Assembly: GCA_964537975.1 (NCBI GenBank)
Contig: CAZIDP010000020.1
Span: forward strand, 783 to 64,782
Source of the DNA: an uncultured Nitrospirales bacterium
GTDB lineage: Bacteria; Hydrogenedentota; Hydrogenedentia; Hydrogenedentales; SCBR16-9
Length of the DNA: 64,000 bases
Direction: 5' to 3'
The notes below the pieces were generated by a model. That model was given only the letters and a program-made list of their open reading frames with translations. It was not told where the DNA came from and searched no databases. The position numbers were made by a program, and so were the translations under genes. Shown piece after piece: positions 40,698 to 51,345 of this stretch (positions within the stretch are counted from its first letter, which is position 1; every line of letters begins with the position of its first letter).

Positions 40698-41954
40698 ATG
40701 GCCTTTGACTTAAAGGTGCCGTCTGTCGGTGAATCAATAACTGAAGTACAAATTGGGAAATGGTTGGTAAAGAAAGGCGACTTTGTGCGCCGGGATGAGC
40801 CGGTGGTTGAGATCGAATCAGAAAAAGCGACCATGGAAGTGCCAGCACCAGTTACGGGAATTCTATCAGCGATTTTAAAAGAAACTGGTGACACTGCCAC
40901 CATTGATGAAGTTATTGGCCATATGGAGGAAAAGGATGCACCTGCATCCAGTGACAGTTCAGGTAAAGGTAAAGCGGAAAAAATCGAGCAAAAGGAAACT
41001 TCCAAACCTGCACGTGCCCTGGATGCCGACACAGACTTGGAGCCAGAAGTCTCACAAGAAACCCGTCCCACAACTCGGGTAATGCCCGCGGCCCAGCGCG
41101 CGTTGGCAGATAAGGGGTTAGAGGCCCGGGATGTAGAAGCCACCGGTCCGGGAGGCAGGTTATTAAAAGAGGATGTGATGCGTCATGGCAGCAGCATGGT
41201 ATCTGCTCAAATGCCTGAACCAGAAGAGCTGGATGCCAAGACATTGGCTGGTTACCGTGAAGAAGAAGTGGTACCAATGAGTCCCATGCGTCGAACGATA
41301 GCCAATCATCTGGTGTCTGCACAACAAAATGCGGCATTACTCACAACATTCAACGAAGTGGATATGTCCGGTTCAATGGCACTTCGTAAACAGCTTCAAG
41401 ATGATTTTGTAAAAAAATATGGCATCAAGCTGGGTTTCATGTCATTTTTTATCAAAGCAAGTGTTGAAGCATTGAAGCTTGTACCCGAGCTGAATGCAGA
41501 AATACGAGACAATAGTATTGCGTATCGAAATTATTATGATATCGGGTTTGCTGTAGGAACGGAGAAAGGACTGGTAGTTCCAGTGCTGCGAAACGCAGAG
41601 GCCATGAGTTACGCCGAAATTGAATTGGCAATATCCGAGTTCGCCCAAAAAGCCCGGCAGAATAAAATTAGCATGGAAGACCTTAAAGGTGGTACCTTTA
41701 CTATCAGCAATGGCGGAGTATATGGTTCATTACTGTCTACACCGATCGTAAATACACCACAGAGTGGCATATTGGGGATGCATGCCATACAGGATCGCCC
41801 TGTAGCTGTGGATGGGCAGGTTGTTATACGTCCAATGATGTATATTGCATTGACGTATGATCACCGCATTGTCGATGGAAAAGGCGCAGTCACCTTCCTT
41901 AAGCGAATCAAGGATTGTGTCGAGAACCCCATGCGGATACTTCTGGAAGTTTAG
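40698..41954 (+). CDS. sucB: 2-oxoglutarate dehydrogenase E2 (dihydrolipoyllysine succinyltransferase)
   Basis: Lipoyl domain ([10 protein letters not shown]), E3-binding domain ([11 protein letters not shown]), catalytic TYDHRIVDG; AAGGAG before ATG 40698. Confidence 0.98.
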   Translation: MAFDLKVPSVGESITEVQIGKWLVKKGDFVRRDEPVVEIESEKATMEVPAPVTGILSAILKETGDTATIDEVIGHMEEKDAPASSDSSGKGKAEKIEQKETSKPARALDADTDLEPEVSQETRPTTRVMPAAQRALADKGLEARDVEATGPGGRLLKEDVMRHGSSMVSAQMPEPEELDAKTLAGYREEEVVPMSPMRRTIANHLVSAQQNAALLTTFNEVDMSGSMALRKQLQDDFVKKYGIKLGFMSFFIKASVEALKLVPELNAEIRDNSIAYRNYYDIGFAVGTEKGLVVPVLRNAEAMSYAEIELAISEFAQKARQNKISMEDLKGGTFTISNGGVYGSLLSTPIVNTPQSGILGMHAIQDRPVAVDGQVVIRPMMYIALTYDHRIVDGKGAVTFLKRIKDCVENPMRILLEV

Positions 41955-42030
41955 CGGCTTTCACAACGCTCCCCTGATATTTTTATTCACTATAACAATT
42001 GATTTTTTACTTGAAAGAGGAAATGTGTCG

Positions 42031-43410
42031 ATGAACGAGCATGATCTGGTTGTCATAGGCGCCGGTCCGGGTGGCTATGTGGCAGCCATACGGGCGGCCC
42101 AATTGGGGTTGAACACGGCAATAGTTGAAAAAGTACCGGAACTTGGGGGTACCTGTCTCCGTGTAGGGTGTATTCCCAGCAAGGCACTTCTGGACAGCAG
42201 CGAAAAATATGCTGCAATCAAACATGACTACGCCAAAATAGGTATTAAAGCAAGTGCAGAGCTTGATTTGCCCACCATGCTCAAGAACAAAGATAACATT
42301 GTTAAAAGTCTTACTGGTGGTATCGGTCAACTCATGAAGAAAAACAAGATCACGCGTTATGAGGGTCATGGACGTCTTGATGGAGCTGGAAAAGTTGTCG
42401 TTGAAGGTAAAGATCCGGTTGAGATCAAGGCAAAGCATATCATCCTTGCGACTGGCAGTTATCCCACCACATTTCCAGGTATGGAATTTGATGGCGACCG
42501 CATAGGTTCCAGCACCGAAGCCCTCAGTTATCCGGAGGTACCAAAGCATCTGGTAATTATTGGAGCAGGTGTTATTGGTCTGGAGCTCGGTTCTGTCTGG
42601 TCTCGATTGGGTGCGAAGGTTACCGTCTTGGAATACATGGACCATATCCTGCCTGGTATGGACCGTGAGTTGACCGACGAAGCGTTAAAGATTCTTAAAA
42701 AACAGGGGTTGGTATTTCATCTGGGTACCCGGGTCAAAAGCGCCAAAGCCAATGGAAAAGAATGCGTAGTTGAAGCGGAAGGTATGGAACCGATTAAATG
42801 CGATCGGGTTCTTGTTTCTGTTGGTCGAAAACCATACACTGAGAATCTGGGACTTGATACTGTCGGTATTAAAACAGATAAAGTAGGTCGTATCGAAGTT
42901 AATTCACATTTTAAAACAGCCGCGGAAGGTGTTTATGCCATTGGTGATGTAATTGTTGGCCCGATGTTGGCCCACAAGGCAGAAGATGAGGGAATGGCCT
43001 GCGTTGAGCGGATTGTGACCGGGTATGGACATGTAAATTACAACGCTATCCCCGGAATTGTCTACACCGATCCAGAAATTGCGACTGTAGGAAAAACAGA
43101 AGAACAATTGCAGGAAGAAGGCACCCCGTACCGTAAAGGCAACTTCCCATACATAGCCAATGGACGCGCTAAGGCTATTGGCGCTACGGAAGGTTGGGTA
43201 AAGATTCTTGCCCATGAAAAGACCGATCGCATACTTGGCGCGCATATGATTGGGAAACATGCTGGTGATTTAATTGCGGAAATCGCCGTAGGTATCGAGT
43301 TCGGCGCCAGTAGCGAAGACATTGCACGCTCCTGCCATGCGCATCCCACCCTGGCAGAAGTCGTAAAAGAAGCAGCACTAGCAGTCGACAAACGCATGAT
43401 ACATTTTTAG
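42031..43410 (+). CDS. lpdA: Dihydrolipoyl dehydrogenase E3
   Basis: GAGPGGY, GGTCLRVGCIPSK, GAGVIGLE, HAHPTLAE. Confidence 0.98.
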   Translation: MNEHDLVVIGAGPGGYVAAIRAAQLGLNTAIVEKVPELGGTCLRVGCIPSKALLDSSEKYAAIKHDYAKIGIKASAELDLPTMLKNKDNIVKSLTGGIGQLMKKNKITRYEGHGRLDGAGKVVVEGKDPVEIKAKHIILATGSYPTTFPGMEFDGDRIGSSTEALSYPEVPKHLVIIGAGVIGLELGSVWSRLGAKVTVLEYMDHILPGMDRELTDEALKILKKQGLVFHLGTRVKSAKANGKECVVEAEGMEPIKCDRVLVSVGRKPYTENLGLDTVGIKTDKVGRIEVNSHFKTAAEGVYAIGDVIVGPMLAHKAEDEGMACVERIVTGYGHVNYNAIPGIVYTDPEIATVGKTEEQLQEEGTPYRKGNFPYIANGRAKAIGATEGWVKILAHEKTDRILGAHMIGKHAGDLIAEIAVGIEFGASSEDIARSCHAHPTLAEVVKEAALAVDKRMIHF

Positions 43411-43509
43411 CATATAAAAGCATTGCAGAATGATTGCAATGCCGGGTATCAATATTGAAGATGTTACCCAGACAATCCATTAATCAATTACTACTTGTAC
43501 TTGAATAAT

Positions 43510-43561
43510 CAGGGCGGAATCACCGGGCGATATAAACGCTTTGTGAAAACCGCCCTGTTTT
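43510..43561 (+). terminator. Long hairpin with T-tract after the suc operon
   Basis: cagggcgg...ccgccctg with inner tcac/gtga and gcg/cgc pairs, followed by tttt. Confidence 0.6.
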
Positions 43562-43632
43562 ACTATGGAATAAAAAAAAATTCCAATGCCCAAGAACGAT
43601 AACCAGATGACATCACCGAAGGAGTTATAATC

Positions 43633-44070
43633 ATGCCAACTCGCTCGGAACGTATCCGGGAAGCCTTTAACAATTTGCGGGCAGAATCGATGGAGATACT
43701 CGATAGTTTTTATAGCCCCGAAGTTGTATTTCAGGACCCGCTGGGACGCATTGAAGGATTGTCGGCATTAAAGCAATACTATGCACACATGTACGAGAAT
43801 GTTCTCAGCATTCGTTTTGACGCTACAGATGAGCTTGTTCAGGGAGATAAGCATGTACTTATCTGGAGTATGTACCTGCGTGCGCGGAGCTTGAACAAGG
43901 GCAACGAAGTGGTACTGGATGGTAATTCTGTACTTCACTTTGATGCCGACGATCTTGTGCGTTTTCACCGCGATTATTTTGACATGGGTGCATTTATTTA
44001 TGTTCATATTCCGATAGTCGGGTATGTAATTCGCAAGATTAATGCCCGTCTGGAATTACCAAAAATTTGA
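43633..44070 (+). CDS. SnoaL-like / NTF2 family protein
   Basis: FYSPEVVFQDPLGRIEG...FHRDYFDMG; GGAG RBS. Confidence 0.88.
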   Translation: MPTRSERIREAFNNLRAESMEILDSFYSPEVVFQDPLGRIEGLSALKQYYAHMYENVLSIRFDATDELVQGDKHVLIWSMYLRARSLNKGNEVVLDGNSVLHFDADDLVRFHRDYFDMGAFIYVHIPIVGYVIRKINARLELPKI

Positions 44071-44122
44071 CTGTCTAAAACGTTATAAGGTACCCTATTC
44101 CATTGTAAGAATTGATTTTTAT

Positions 44123-44198
44123 TGCCGGATAGTCTAATTGGTAGGGCACCTGATTCTGGTTCAGGCTTGTCTAGGTTCGAGTCCTAGTCCGGCAACCA
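44123..44198 (+). tRNA. tRNA-Gln(CTG)
   Basis: TGCCGGA/TCCGGCA acceptor stem, CCTGA-TTCTGGT-TCAGG anticodon arm, GGTTCGAGTCC, CCA. Confidence 0.97.
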
Positions 44199-44230
44199 GA
44201 TTTTTTCTAAACCAAGCCAACCGCACATGC

Positions 44231-44306
44231 GGCCCGTTCATCTAGGGGTCTAGGATGCAGGATTCTCAGTCCTGTCACAGGGGTTCGAATCCCCTACGGG
44301 CTACCA
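44231..44306 (+). tRNA. tRNA-Glu(CTC)
   Basis: GGCCCGT/ACGGGCT acceptor stem, CAGGA-TTCTCAG-TCCTG anticodon arm, GGTTCGAATCC, CCA. Confidence 0.97.
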
Positions 44307-44512
44307 GGTTGGATTTTTTTATCTGACGCAATGGAGTATTGTGTGCGTTTTGTTCATACAGAAAAGCATACTACCCATGCTATTCTCTTCTAGAAGCAGA
44401 CGATTATGCTCAGGTAAAAAGTATTAAAAAATATTTAAGCGTATCGAACAACTGAATGTGTCTTGACTTGGTATGTAACAACGGTTTTCATAAAACCGGA
44501 TAAGGATTTATA

Positions 44513-44653
44513 ATGGATAAAGGTTTACGTGAAGTTATGGAAGTAGCAAATGAATGGTTTCAAGTAGTTTTTTCTGCGGGTAGTATTTTAATTGGTGCCG
44601 TTGTTGACACTGTGTTGTTACCAATTCGTTTGTTGCTGGCTTTGCTGTCTTAA
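44513..44653 (+). CDS. Small hydrophobic protein (46 aa), absent from the ORF track
   Basis: AAGGA RBS; MDKGLREVMEVANEWFQVVFSAGSILIGAVVDTVLLPIRLLLALLS. Confidence 0.5.
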   Translation: MDKGLREVMEVANEWFQVVFSAGSILIGAVVDTVLLPIRLLLALLS

Positions 44654-44711
44654 ATCCTTTGTGTTGATGCAGCACTGTAAGCTTTTTCTCATCCAGAGTT
44701 TCGCTATTCGA

Positions 44712-46436
44712 TTATTGCATTGATCTGAAATTGTTGCGCCAGGCTTCATTCATATCTTCCAATAAATCTCTTGATTCATTGTAGATAACCGGAGCGACAT
44801 CCGGCCCACCTGAATTAATTTCTCCATACTGCTTTTTTTCATATACCCAGGGTTTCTTGGTATCCCACTGACTTTTCGGGATTATGTATCCTATTTCATC
44901 ATTGGCAAGACCCAGCACCATCGCCATACTGGCTTCCGCGTTCATATATGTTCTTAATGGGGGAACTTCGACAGGGTCTATCGGAAAATCGCGGCCTTCC
45001 AGTGCTACAATACCGCCTTCAACAATTTCCGGGTATATTTCCCCCGGAATGGTCAGCATTAATACATCACCAATGCGAATGACATTGATTTCAGTTTTTG
45101 CCTTGCCACCAGAGTAATACCCTTCATGAATTAAACCAAGCTTGATAGCCCAGCGGAAATAACCTTGAAGCGGTGCCCTGATGGTTCTGGCCGCTACGGC
45201 GATCAATGGGTTTTCATTTTTTCGAACATCGGCACTTCGCAATGCGCTATTGGCCACAATGGCCAGATTGTATCCCAGGGATTCCGCTTTTTCAAAAGTT
45301 GCATCTTTGAACATACGTTCCCCATCTCTGTGTGGTACTTCCATCCCCAGTGGCGTCATTAAGCCACCTAGCTGCCCCTGGAAATACAGGCACATACCAC
45401 CAAAGCCAGAAATGCCATACGGTGCTGGCACGCCCTCTTCTAGACCTTTTCGCAGCCAATGTGAGAAATCCGACGTTATATGTTGATTTTTTCCATCCAG
45501 CACTTCGGGATGATTGCCCCAATTTACAAACGTAGCAATCGTCTCTTTTTGCAAATTTGGGATAGTTTCGATATCTTCACCACCTTCAGTGCCAGGACGC
45601 ACAAAGTGCATAAGATACATATGATCATCCATCACAACCGGATTACGGCTGTCACGAACAAACCCCTCGGGTTCAATTCGAACCTGTGTGTAGTACATTT
45701 CAGCCGGCTCCAATGCCAGTACCGCTTCTTCGACTGCTTCGATGGTACTTGTGCGTACCCACTCCAAATAACGCGAATCAAACCCAAAAAACGGTACCCG
45801 GCCACTCCAGAGTTTCATGGTATCTGGCGCAGAATGGGTATGTGTGGTACTGAAAGCAATATGGTCAATGCCCAGATCGGGATTTACCCCTTTGCGGACA
45901 TAGATAAAATCGTTGTGGTAGATTCCCACACTGTCGATGGTCACGAGGACGAGCGTTACACCATTATTGCGTAAGGCAATGGCACGGACCCACAGGGGAT
46001 CGTTTACACCTGTTGCAGACCGGTTATTGCTAAACCCGGCAAGCCAAATACGGTCAAAAATTTCTGCATCATCCGGGGGATCGGTACTCAATGAGTCTGC
46101 CGGTGCTGGTAAAATTTCGCCATTTATGCGTAAGCGAGGTGTGATATCACGCTTGGCAACGCCAACATGAAGGTTGTCTGTATCTAACGTAGTACTTAAC
46201 GCGGTTATGTCTGGAATCATTACATCCAGTTCATACCCATGGTAGGGACCACGTGTGCGGCTGAACATCCAGATACTGCCCAATAACACAACAATTACAG
46301 TAAAAAGCAGGAATCTATTTTTACGTGCGCGAGACCGACGTCTGTACAAATCACAAAACCTCCATGGAACAAGGTGTATACCGTTAGCTGGAGCGGCCAG
46401 CATAGACTGCGAATCAATATGACGCAAATATAGCAC
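44712..46436 (-). CDS. Neutral/alkaline ceramidase-like membrane-anchored hydrolase
   Basis: GVAKRDITP, GVNDPLWVRAIAL, STTHTHSAPD, NWGNHPE, IPGEIYPE, GLANDEIGYI; start uncertain. Confidence 0.75.
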   Translation of the reverse strand: MLYLRHIDSQSMLAAPANGIHLVPWRFCDLYRRRSRARKNRFLLFTVIVVLLGSIWMFSRTRGPYHGYELDVMIPDITALSTTLDTDNLHVGVAKRDITPRLRINGEILPAPADSLSTDPPDDAEIFDRIWLAGFSNNRSATGVNDPLWVRAIALRNNGVTLVLVTIDSVGIYHNDFIYVRKGVNPDLGIDHIAFSTTHTHSAPDTMKLWSGRVPFFGFDSRYLEWVRTSTIEAVEEAVLALEPAEMYYTQVRIEPEGFVRDSRNPVVMDDHMYLMHFVRPGTEGGEDIETIPNLQKETIATFVNWGNHPEVLDGKNQHITSDFSHWLRKGLEEGVPAPYGISGFGGMCLYFQGQLGGLMTPLGMEVPHRDGERMFKDATFEKAESLGYNLAIVANSALRSADVRKNENPLIAVAARTIRAPLQGYFRWAIKLGLIHEGYYSGGKAKTEINVIRIGDVLMLTIPGEIYPEIVEGGIVALEGRDFPIDPVEVPPLRTYMNAEASMAMVLGLANDEIGYIIPKSQWDTKKPWVYEKKQYGEINSGGPDVAPVIYNESRDLLEDMNEAWRNNFRSMQ

Positions 46437-46690
46437 GTTCAGATTGGGCAGTCCAACTGCAATTTAATAATCGGGCAGAGAATTAATCAAGCAGAACAGA
46501 CAAGTACAAGCCAAAGCAAAAGACTTAATATGAAAACAATAATTTTACATACAAAAAACTTGAATCGGTCGAAAACATATGTTATATTAAGTTAACAACG
46601 CTTAGTTGCTAATGATTACAAACATTATTAAGTTGCCAATAAAGTAAAATTAAAATTTTATTGGATAATTGCATATGGAAAGAGAAAATA

Positions 46691-47620
46691 ATGAAGAATC
46701 GATTGAGAATTAAAGGATTTACCCTCATAGAGTTGTTGGTTGTCATAGCCATAATTGGGATACTGGCGGCCATTTTATTACCCGCTCTTGCAAGAGCACG
46801 TGAAGCAGCTCGCCGTGCGTCTTGTGCCAACAATTTGAAGCAACTTGGTGTGGTCATGAAAATGTATTCGGGTGAATCACGTGGTGGCTTGCTTCCACCA
46901 CGAATGATATATGGCTGCCCCAATCCGCAAACCGGAGCAGTCAGTTTAAGCGATACCATGATATTCAATGGCAATTCCGTTATGCCGGATTATCTGGCTG
47001 ACGCAAATATCGTATGGTGCCCTTCCTGGGTTGTACAGTCTACCCCACTTGAAAGGTATGACGAGGCATATGGTAACAACAATGGCATAATCGAGCCTTG
47101 TGAGCTGCGCAAAGAACCTTATAACTACATGGGCTGGCTGGTTTTACACGATGCCAACTTATTGGGCTTTGAACTTCTGGGAGTAGAGGGCACGGATGTT
47201 GGTGGCAGGCATTCAACCGATGAATACCGGGGTACCCCCCTCGGAGATTTAGCCACGATGAACGTGCAGTCATGGGGTAGACAAAGTGATGAGAATTTCA
47301 CCGTGGTACGTCAGGAGCATTTTGGGACACAAGCAGGCGGGGGCAATACCCTGTACCGTTTACGAGAGGGCATTGAACGCTTTCTTATTACTGATATCAA
47401 CAATCCTGGCAGCAGTGCGCAATCACAAAGTGAAATTCCTGTGATGTGGGACCATGTAACCACATTGTCGAAAGATTTTAATCACCTGCCTGGTGGCGCA
47501 AATGTGTTGTACCTGGATGGCCACGTCACATTCCACCATTATCCCGGAAACAAATTTCCGGTTACGGAAGACAGTGCCCGAACTTTCGGTCGGTACAACC
47601 GCCCCTTTAACCTTTTTTAG
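46691..47620 (+). CDS. DUF1559 / prepilin-type N-terminal cleavage-methylation protein with H-X9/10-DG tail
   Basis: KG|[42 protein letters not shown]; WCPS; [15 protein letters not shown]. Confidence 0.92.
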   Translation: MKNRLRIKGFTLIELLVVIAIIGILAAILLPALARAREAARRASCANNLKQLGVVMKMYSGESRGGLLPPRMIYGCPNPQTGAVSLSDTMIFNGNSVMPDYLADANIVWCPSWVVQSTPLERYDEAYGNNNGIIEPCELRKEPYNYMGWLVLHDANLLGFELLGVEGTDVGGRHSTDEYRGTPLGDLATMNVQSWGRQSDENFTVVRQEHFGTQAGGGNTLYRLREGIERFLITDINNPGSSAQSQSEIPVMWDHVTTLSKDFNHLPGGANVLYLDGHVTFHHYPGNKFPVTEDSARTFGRYNRPFNLF

Positions 47621-47803
47621 AACTTATGTAATTTTCGAATTTTGATGTTATAAACATCAATGGCTTGTTTGGAACATTCTAGGAGAATCTATCAAATAAA
47701 AGTGTGTGGGCCTGAACTATTACCCTGCTCATTTTAATCTTTGCTTGTATAGTTGAACCTGTATATTTAATTGTTCAAATCACGACTTATAAATAACTCA
47801 GAT

Positions 47804-47837
47804 CGATCCCCTATAGTTATCGCAATATAGGGGGTCG
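47804..47837. terminator. 12-bp hairpin between convergent genes
   Basis: cgatcccctata-N10-tatagggggtcg. Confidence 0.6.
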
Positions 47838-48039
47838 TTGTTTATTATGAAACCGGCGTAACAAAACGATTATCAACTGGAAGATTCCGTTTGATTTCTA
47901 ATAACTATTCAGGTCTGTTAAATTTGTATCAATGCTCTTTACCTGCAAGCGTATAGCCACTTCAGCCCAATCAGCCAATAATCAACCAAACTGGCCAACA
48001 TGGTTCTTGAGTAGGAATTCTCCGAGAAACTGCTTTTGT

Positions 48040-49323
48040 TTATATGCCCCATACCGGTACCGTATAGGCAGCAGAAGGCATGATGTAATATGTTGGATTA
48101 TGGTTTCCAATGCGCTCAAAAAAGATTTGGCATGCCTGCAATGCTGTGTCAAGCGAGTCTGCTTTAACGCCACCTAGCAATTTAACCTGATCGCAATTCA
48201 TCTCTGTAATAAACCAGGCTTGAGGTGCTCTTTGCAAGGTAGAGAGTGCCGTTTGTCCGTTGATTTCTGCTTGAGTTCGCAATTGTTTCATGATTGCTTC
48301 AGCACTACCCAGATGCACCCATTTTTCAAAACCATGCCCACCATACCCTTCTGGGGCTGGTGCCAGAAATAGAATACGGCCATTAAGCTTGATAACTTGA
48401 GATGCATTAAAGAGCGCTTTGTGACTTTGAATATAATTTCGCGCATTACCCGCGGAAGCAATTACAAAATCTGCTTTTTTACTAAGCGGAACACCATAAC
48501 ACTGCTGTGCAAAATCCGCGGCATGACGATGGGCGGTTTCCAAGTCTCCAACAAACAGCTCTGAGATATCACCAGAACGATTCAAAACGGTGTTTATAAT
48601 GAAACTGCATGGAGCAAACCGTGCAGCTTCCATCATATCCAGAGCGACAGGATTCGCATCCATATCACCGATCTTTACCAGCGGGTCGATTCTGTCTATG
48701 ACAGGGTCCAGATTCAGTGCGTGATTGTGTGCTATGGTTGACAGACCGGCAAGTCCTGGCACCAGTGATTTACGCCCGCCACCAAAGCCGCCAAAATAGT
48801 GGTAAACTACCGTTCCTGTTGTAATAATCTGATCTGCTTCAAAGAGAAAGCGGTTAAGATAAACTGGCGTACCGCGTGATGTTTCGCCACAATATTGCAA
48901 CCGGTTGGTATCTTCCGGATTGTGTGTTATTGTCTGTTCTTTAAAGCGTGAATAGACGGCCTCTCCCAGTATATGTTGTTCTTCTGTCGGTGTAGGACCC
49001 CGGTGTGAGCCGGTTGAATAGATGAAACGGATATTCGCGTCAGGAATTCCTTTACTATTCAATGCCACTATCAATGTGGGCAATACTTTTTCAATACCGG
49101 TTGTGCGAAAGGAGTCGGACACCACGATTAAGACACGATCAGATGATTTAAACTTTTCCAAGGCATGACCTGGCATCCCAAATGGACTCGCCATTCCTTC
49201 ACGTAATGCCTGGGAAATGTTTTCAACAGGTGGTGCATTTGAAACATCGGGTACACCAAGACAAGTTGCCCAATCTATCGAAAATGTTACTATTTTTTCA
49301 CCATATTTAATAGTGTGTTTAAT
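48040..49323 (-). CDS. LarA-family nickel-pincer racemase/epimerase homolog
   Basis: VSDSFR, STGSHRG, GETSRGTPV, HYFGGFGGGRKSLVPG. Frame continues upstream of ATG 49194 to a non-canonical start (ATT 49323) behind AAAGGAG. Confidence 0.85.
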   Translation of the reverse strand: MKHTIKYGEKIVTFSIDWATCLGVPDVSNAPPVENISQALREGMASPFGMPGHALEKFKSSDRVLIVVSDSFRTTGIEKVLPTLIVALNSKGIPDANIRFIYSTGSHRGPTPTEEQHILGEAVYSRFKEQTITHNPEDTNRLQYCGETSRGTPVYLNRFLFEADQIITTGTVVYHYFGGFGGGRKSLVPGLAGLSTIAHNHALNLDPVIDRIDPLVKIGDMDANPVALDMMEAARFAPCSFIINTVLNRSGDISELFVGDLETAHRHAADFAQQCYGVPLSKKADFVIASAGNARNYIQSHKALFNASQVIKLNGRILFLAPAPEGYGGHGFEKWVHLGSAEAIMKQLRTQAEINGQTALSTLQRAPQAWFITEMNCDQVKLLGGVKADSLDTALQACQIFFERIGNHNPTYYIMPSAAYTVPVWGI

Positions 49324-49620
49324 GATGATGACTCCTTTGTAGAATCCATATACTTTAGAAAAAAAAGTTTCCCCAGGAAATTATACCAAACAGATGCGCG
49401 ACAGTAAGTAACTCCAGGAATTCACCGCTGCCTTGGATATCTTTCCAGGCATCATTCGCCACAAGCCTTATCACTCTTGAATTCCGATGAAATGTTCTCC
49501 ATCACAGTGAGGGACTTCTCACTAAATATTGCCCGGTGATATTCAGTAATCAGCCAATCGCCTGGTGCTTTGGTATCCTGGTCGATATCAAGATTTTATC
49601 GAATGTAGTGTGTAAACGTT

Positions 49621-50562
49621 TTATCCGCCGAAGGCACGATCATACCGGCCCATGATACGGGGACCATCCAGTGTGACAACCCAGGGGGAGTCCTGGGGAT
49701 ATTTTTCATAGGTTACATGGCCATCCATGTATAAGACATTGATGCCGTAAAGATGTGAGGAACCGGTAACTTGCGGGGTCAGATGGTCCCACATTACCGG
49801 TATCGCACTTTGGGTGATGGCACTTGCGGCTGGATTGTTAATATCCGAGATCAGAAAACGCTCGACCCCTTCCCGCAGGCGGTACATGGTGTTTCCACCA
49901 CCCAATTGGGTACCTTGAAACTGGGGTGAAAAAGCGAAATCCCTGTCGGATGCAGCACCAAAAGTATTGATGTTTGCAATGGCCAGCTCCAGGAAGGGTG
50001 TGTTCAGCCAGTCGGCATCATCGAAGCGACCACCAGGTCCACTGCCTTCTGTGCCCGCTTTGTCGCCCAACACATTACGTGCATCCATAATCAACCAGCC
50101 GGTATAGTTGAAGGGCGCCTTCAACAGTTCTTCAGGTTCAATAATGCCGTTGCTGTTTCCCGAAGCGATACCCGCTCTTCGGACCCCTTCATCATACCGT
50201 GACAATGGTGTCGCGCCGCCACTGCCCCAGGAAGGACACCAGACCACGTTCAGGTCTGACAGATAGTCGGGGAATACCGACGGCCCATTGAAAATCATGG
50301 TATCGGACAGGCCGCCATAGATATTGTAGATCATGCGTGGTGGAAATAGTTGACGCGAAGATTCGCCCGCATACATTTTGAAAGCGATGCTCATCTGCCG
50401 GAGGTTGTTCTGACAACTGGCACGATTCGCCGCTTCACGTGCTCGACTCAGGGCTGGTAGTAGAATAGCTGCCAGTATGCCAATGATGGCAATAACCACC
50501 AACAACTCTATGAGCGTGAATCCGGCTCGTTGCCAGATTTTTATTTTAGTTCTGAAATACAT
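49621..50562 (-). CDS. DUF1559 / prepilin-type protein with H-X9-DG motif (paralog of 46691)
   Basis: AG|FTLIELLVV...SCQNNLRQ; WCPS; [14 protein letters not shown]; shares YRLREG(V/I)ERFLI(S/T)DINNP with the 46691 copy. Confidence 0.92.
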   Translation of the reverse strand: MYFRTKIKIWQRAGFTLIELLVVIAIIGILAAILLPALSRAREAANRASCQNNLRQMSIAFKMYAGESSRQLFPPRMIYNIYGGLSDTMIFNGPSVFPDYLSDLNVVWCPSWGSGGATPLSRYDEGVRRAGIASGNSNGIIEPEELLKAPFNYTGWLIMDARNVLGDKAGTEGSGPGGRFDDADWLNTPFLELAIANINTFGAASDRDFAFSPQFQGTQLGGGNTMYRLREGVERFLISDINNPAASAITQSAIPVMWDHLTPQVTGSSHLYGINVLYMDGHVTYEKYPQDSPWVVTLDGPRIMGRYDRAFGG

Positions 50563-50600
50563 CCCGTATCTCCCAGTCAGCAATTGACATCAAATGCAGT

Positions 50601-51311
50601 TTATTTGCGGATTTCCAACCACCAACCCACATCAGGCTCTTCAATGAGGCGATAATTCTGTATACCAGCTTCCTCCGCCAGATCAAGCAACCCCTCTTTC
50701 GGGCCGTCCCATCCTGCTGGTCTCTCACGATCTCCGGTATCCCAACTCAGTCGCCAGGCGACCAATCGATCCCGTTCTTCTTTGTCCAGCAAACGGCCAA
50801 ACCCGCCGTGACCTATGAAGGCAACACCACCTGGCTTCAACACGCGGTAGGTTTCCCGCAGCGCCTGCACCTTGTCTGGTATGAAGGGAATTGTGCCGCG
50901 GCTGAAAATAAAATCCGCGAAATTGTCTTTAAACGGAAGGTCTTGCCAATCACCCTCTACTGGAATCACCCGGCCAGTCAAACCCGCCTCATCCACCATA
51001 ACCCCCAGCAGTCGCATGGCCCAGGAGTCGATATCAACGGCGTATCCAATAATGTCGGTTTTACTGGCCAACTCAATCAGGAAAGGGCTGCAACTGCTTC
51101 CGATATCCAGCGCGACGCCTGAGGACAGATTATAATCTTCAATCACCTGCCGGGCCATGGGTTCCCAGACCGCAGCGAAATTACCCGTGGTATGTCGTTC
51201 ATGCCCAGGCACTTTTTCCTTGAGCATGGATACATAATTGTCCTGTTCGGACACTGATGTATCTGATACAAGCAGTATACAAATTGTACACAACTTTGTG
51301 ATGTGTTTCAT
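50601..51311 (-). CDS. Class I SAM-dependent methyltransferase with a signal-peptide-like N-terminus
   Basis: ALDIGSS, AVDID, EGDWQDLPFKDNFAD, YRVLKPGGVAFI; AAAGGA before ATG 51311. Confidence 0.85.
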   Translation of the reverse strand: MKHITKLCTICILLVSDTSVSEQDNYVSMLKEKVPGHERHTTGNFAAVWEPMARQVIEDYNLSSGVALDIGSSCSPFLIELASKTDIIGYAVDIDSWAMRLLGVMVDEAGLTGRVIPVEGDWQDLPFKDNFADFIFSRGTIPFIPDKVQALRETYRVLKPGGVAFIGHGGFGRLLDKEERDRLVAWRLSWDTGDRERPAGWDGPKEGLLDLAEEAGIQNYRLIEEPDVGWWLEIRK

Positions 51312-51345
51312 TGATGAATATCCTTTCTGAAACATGTGAACTGCC

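Noticed and set aside
44123-44710. tRNA pair, and tRNA-Ser at 4298, as possible integration sites of an island
   Set aside because: No integrase or transposase nearby, and no duplicated tRNA 3' end seen in the window.
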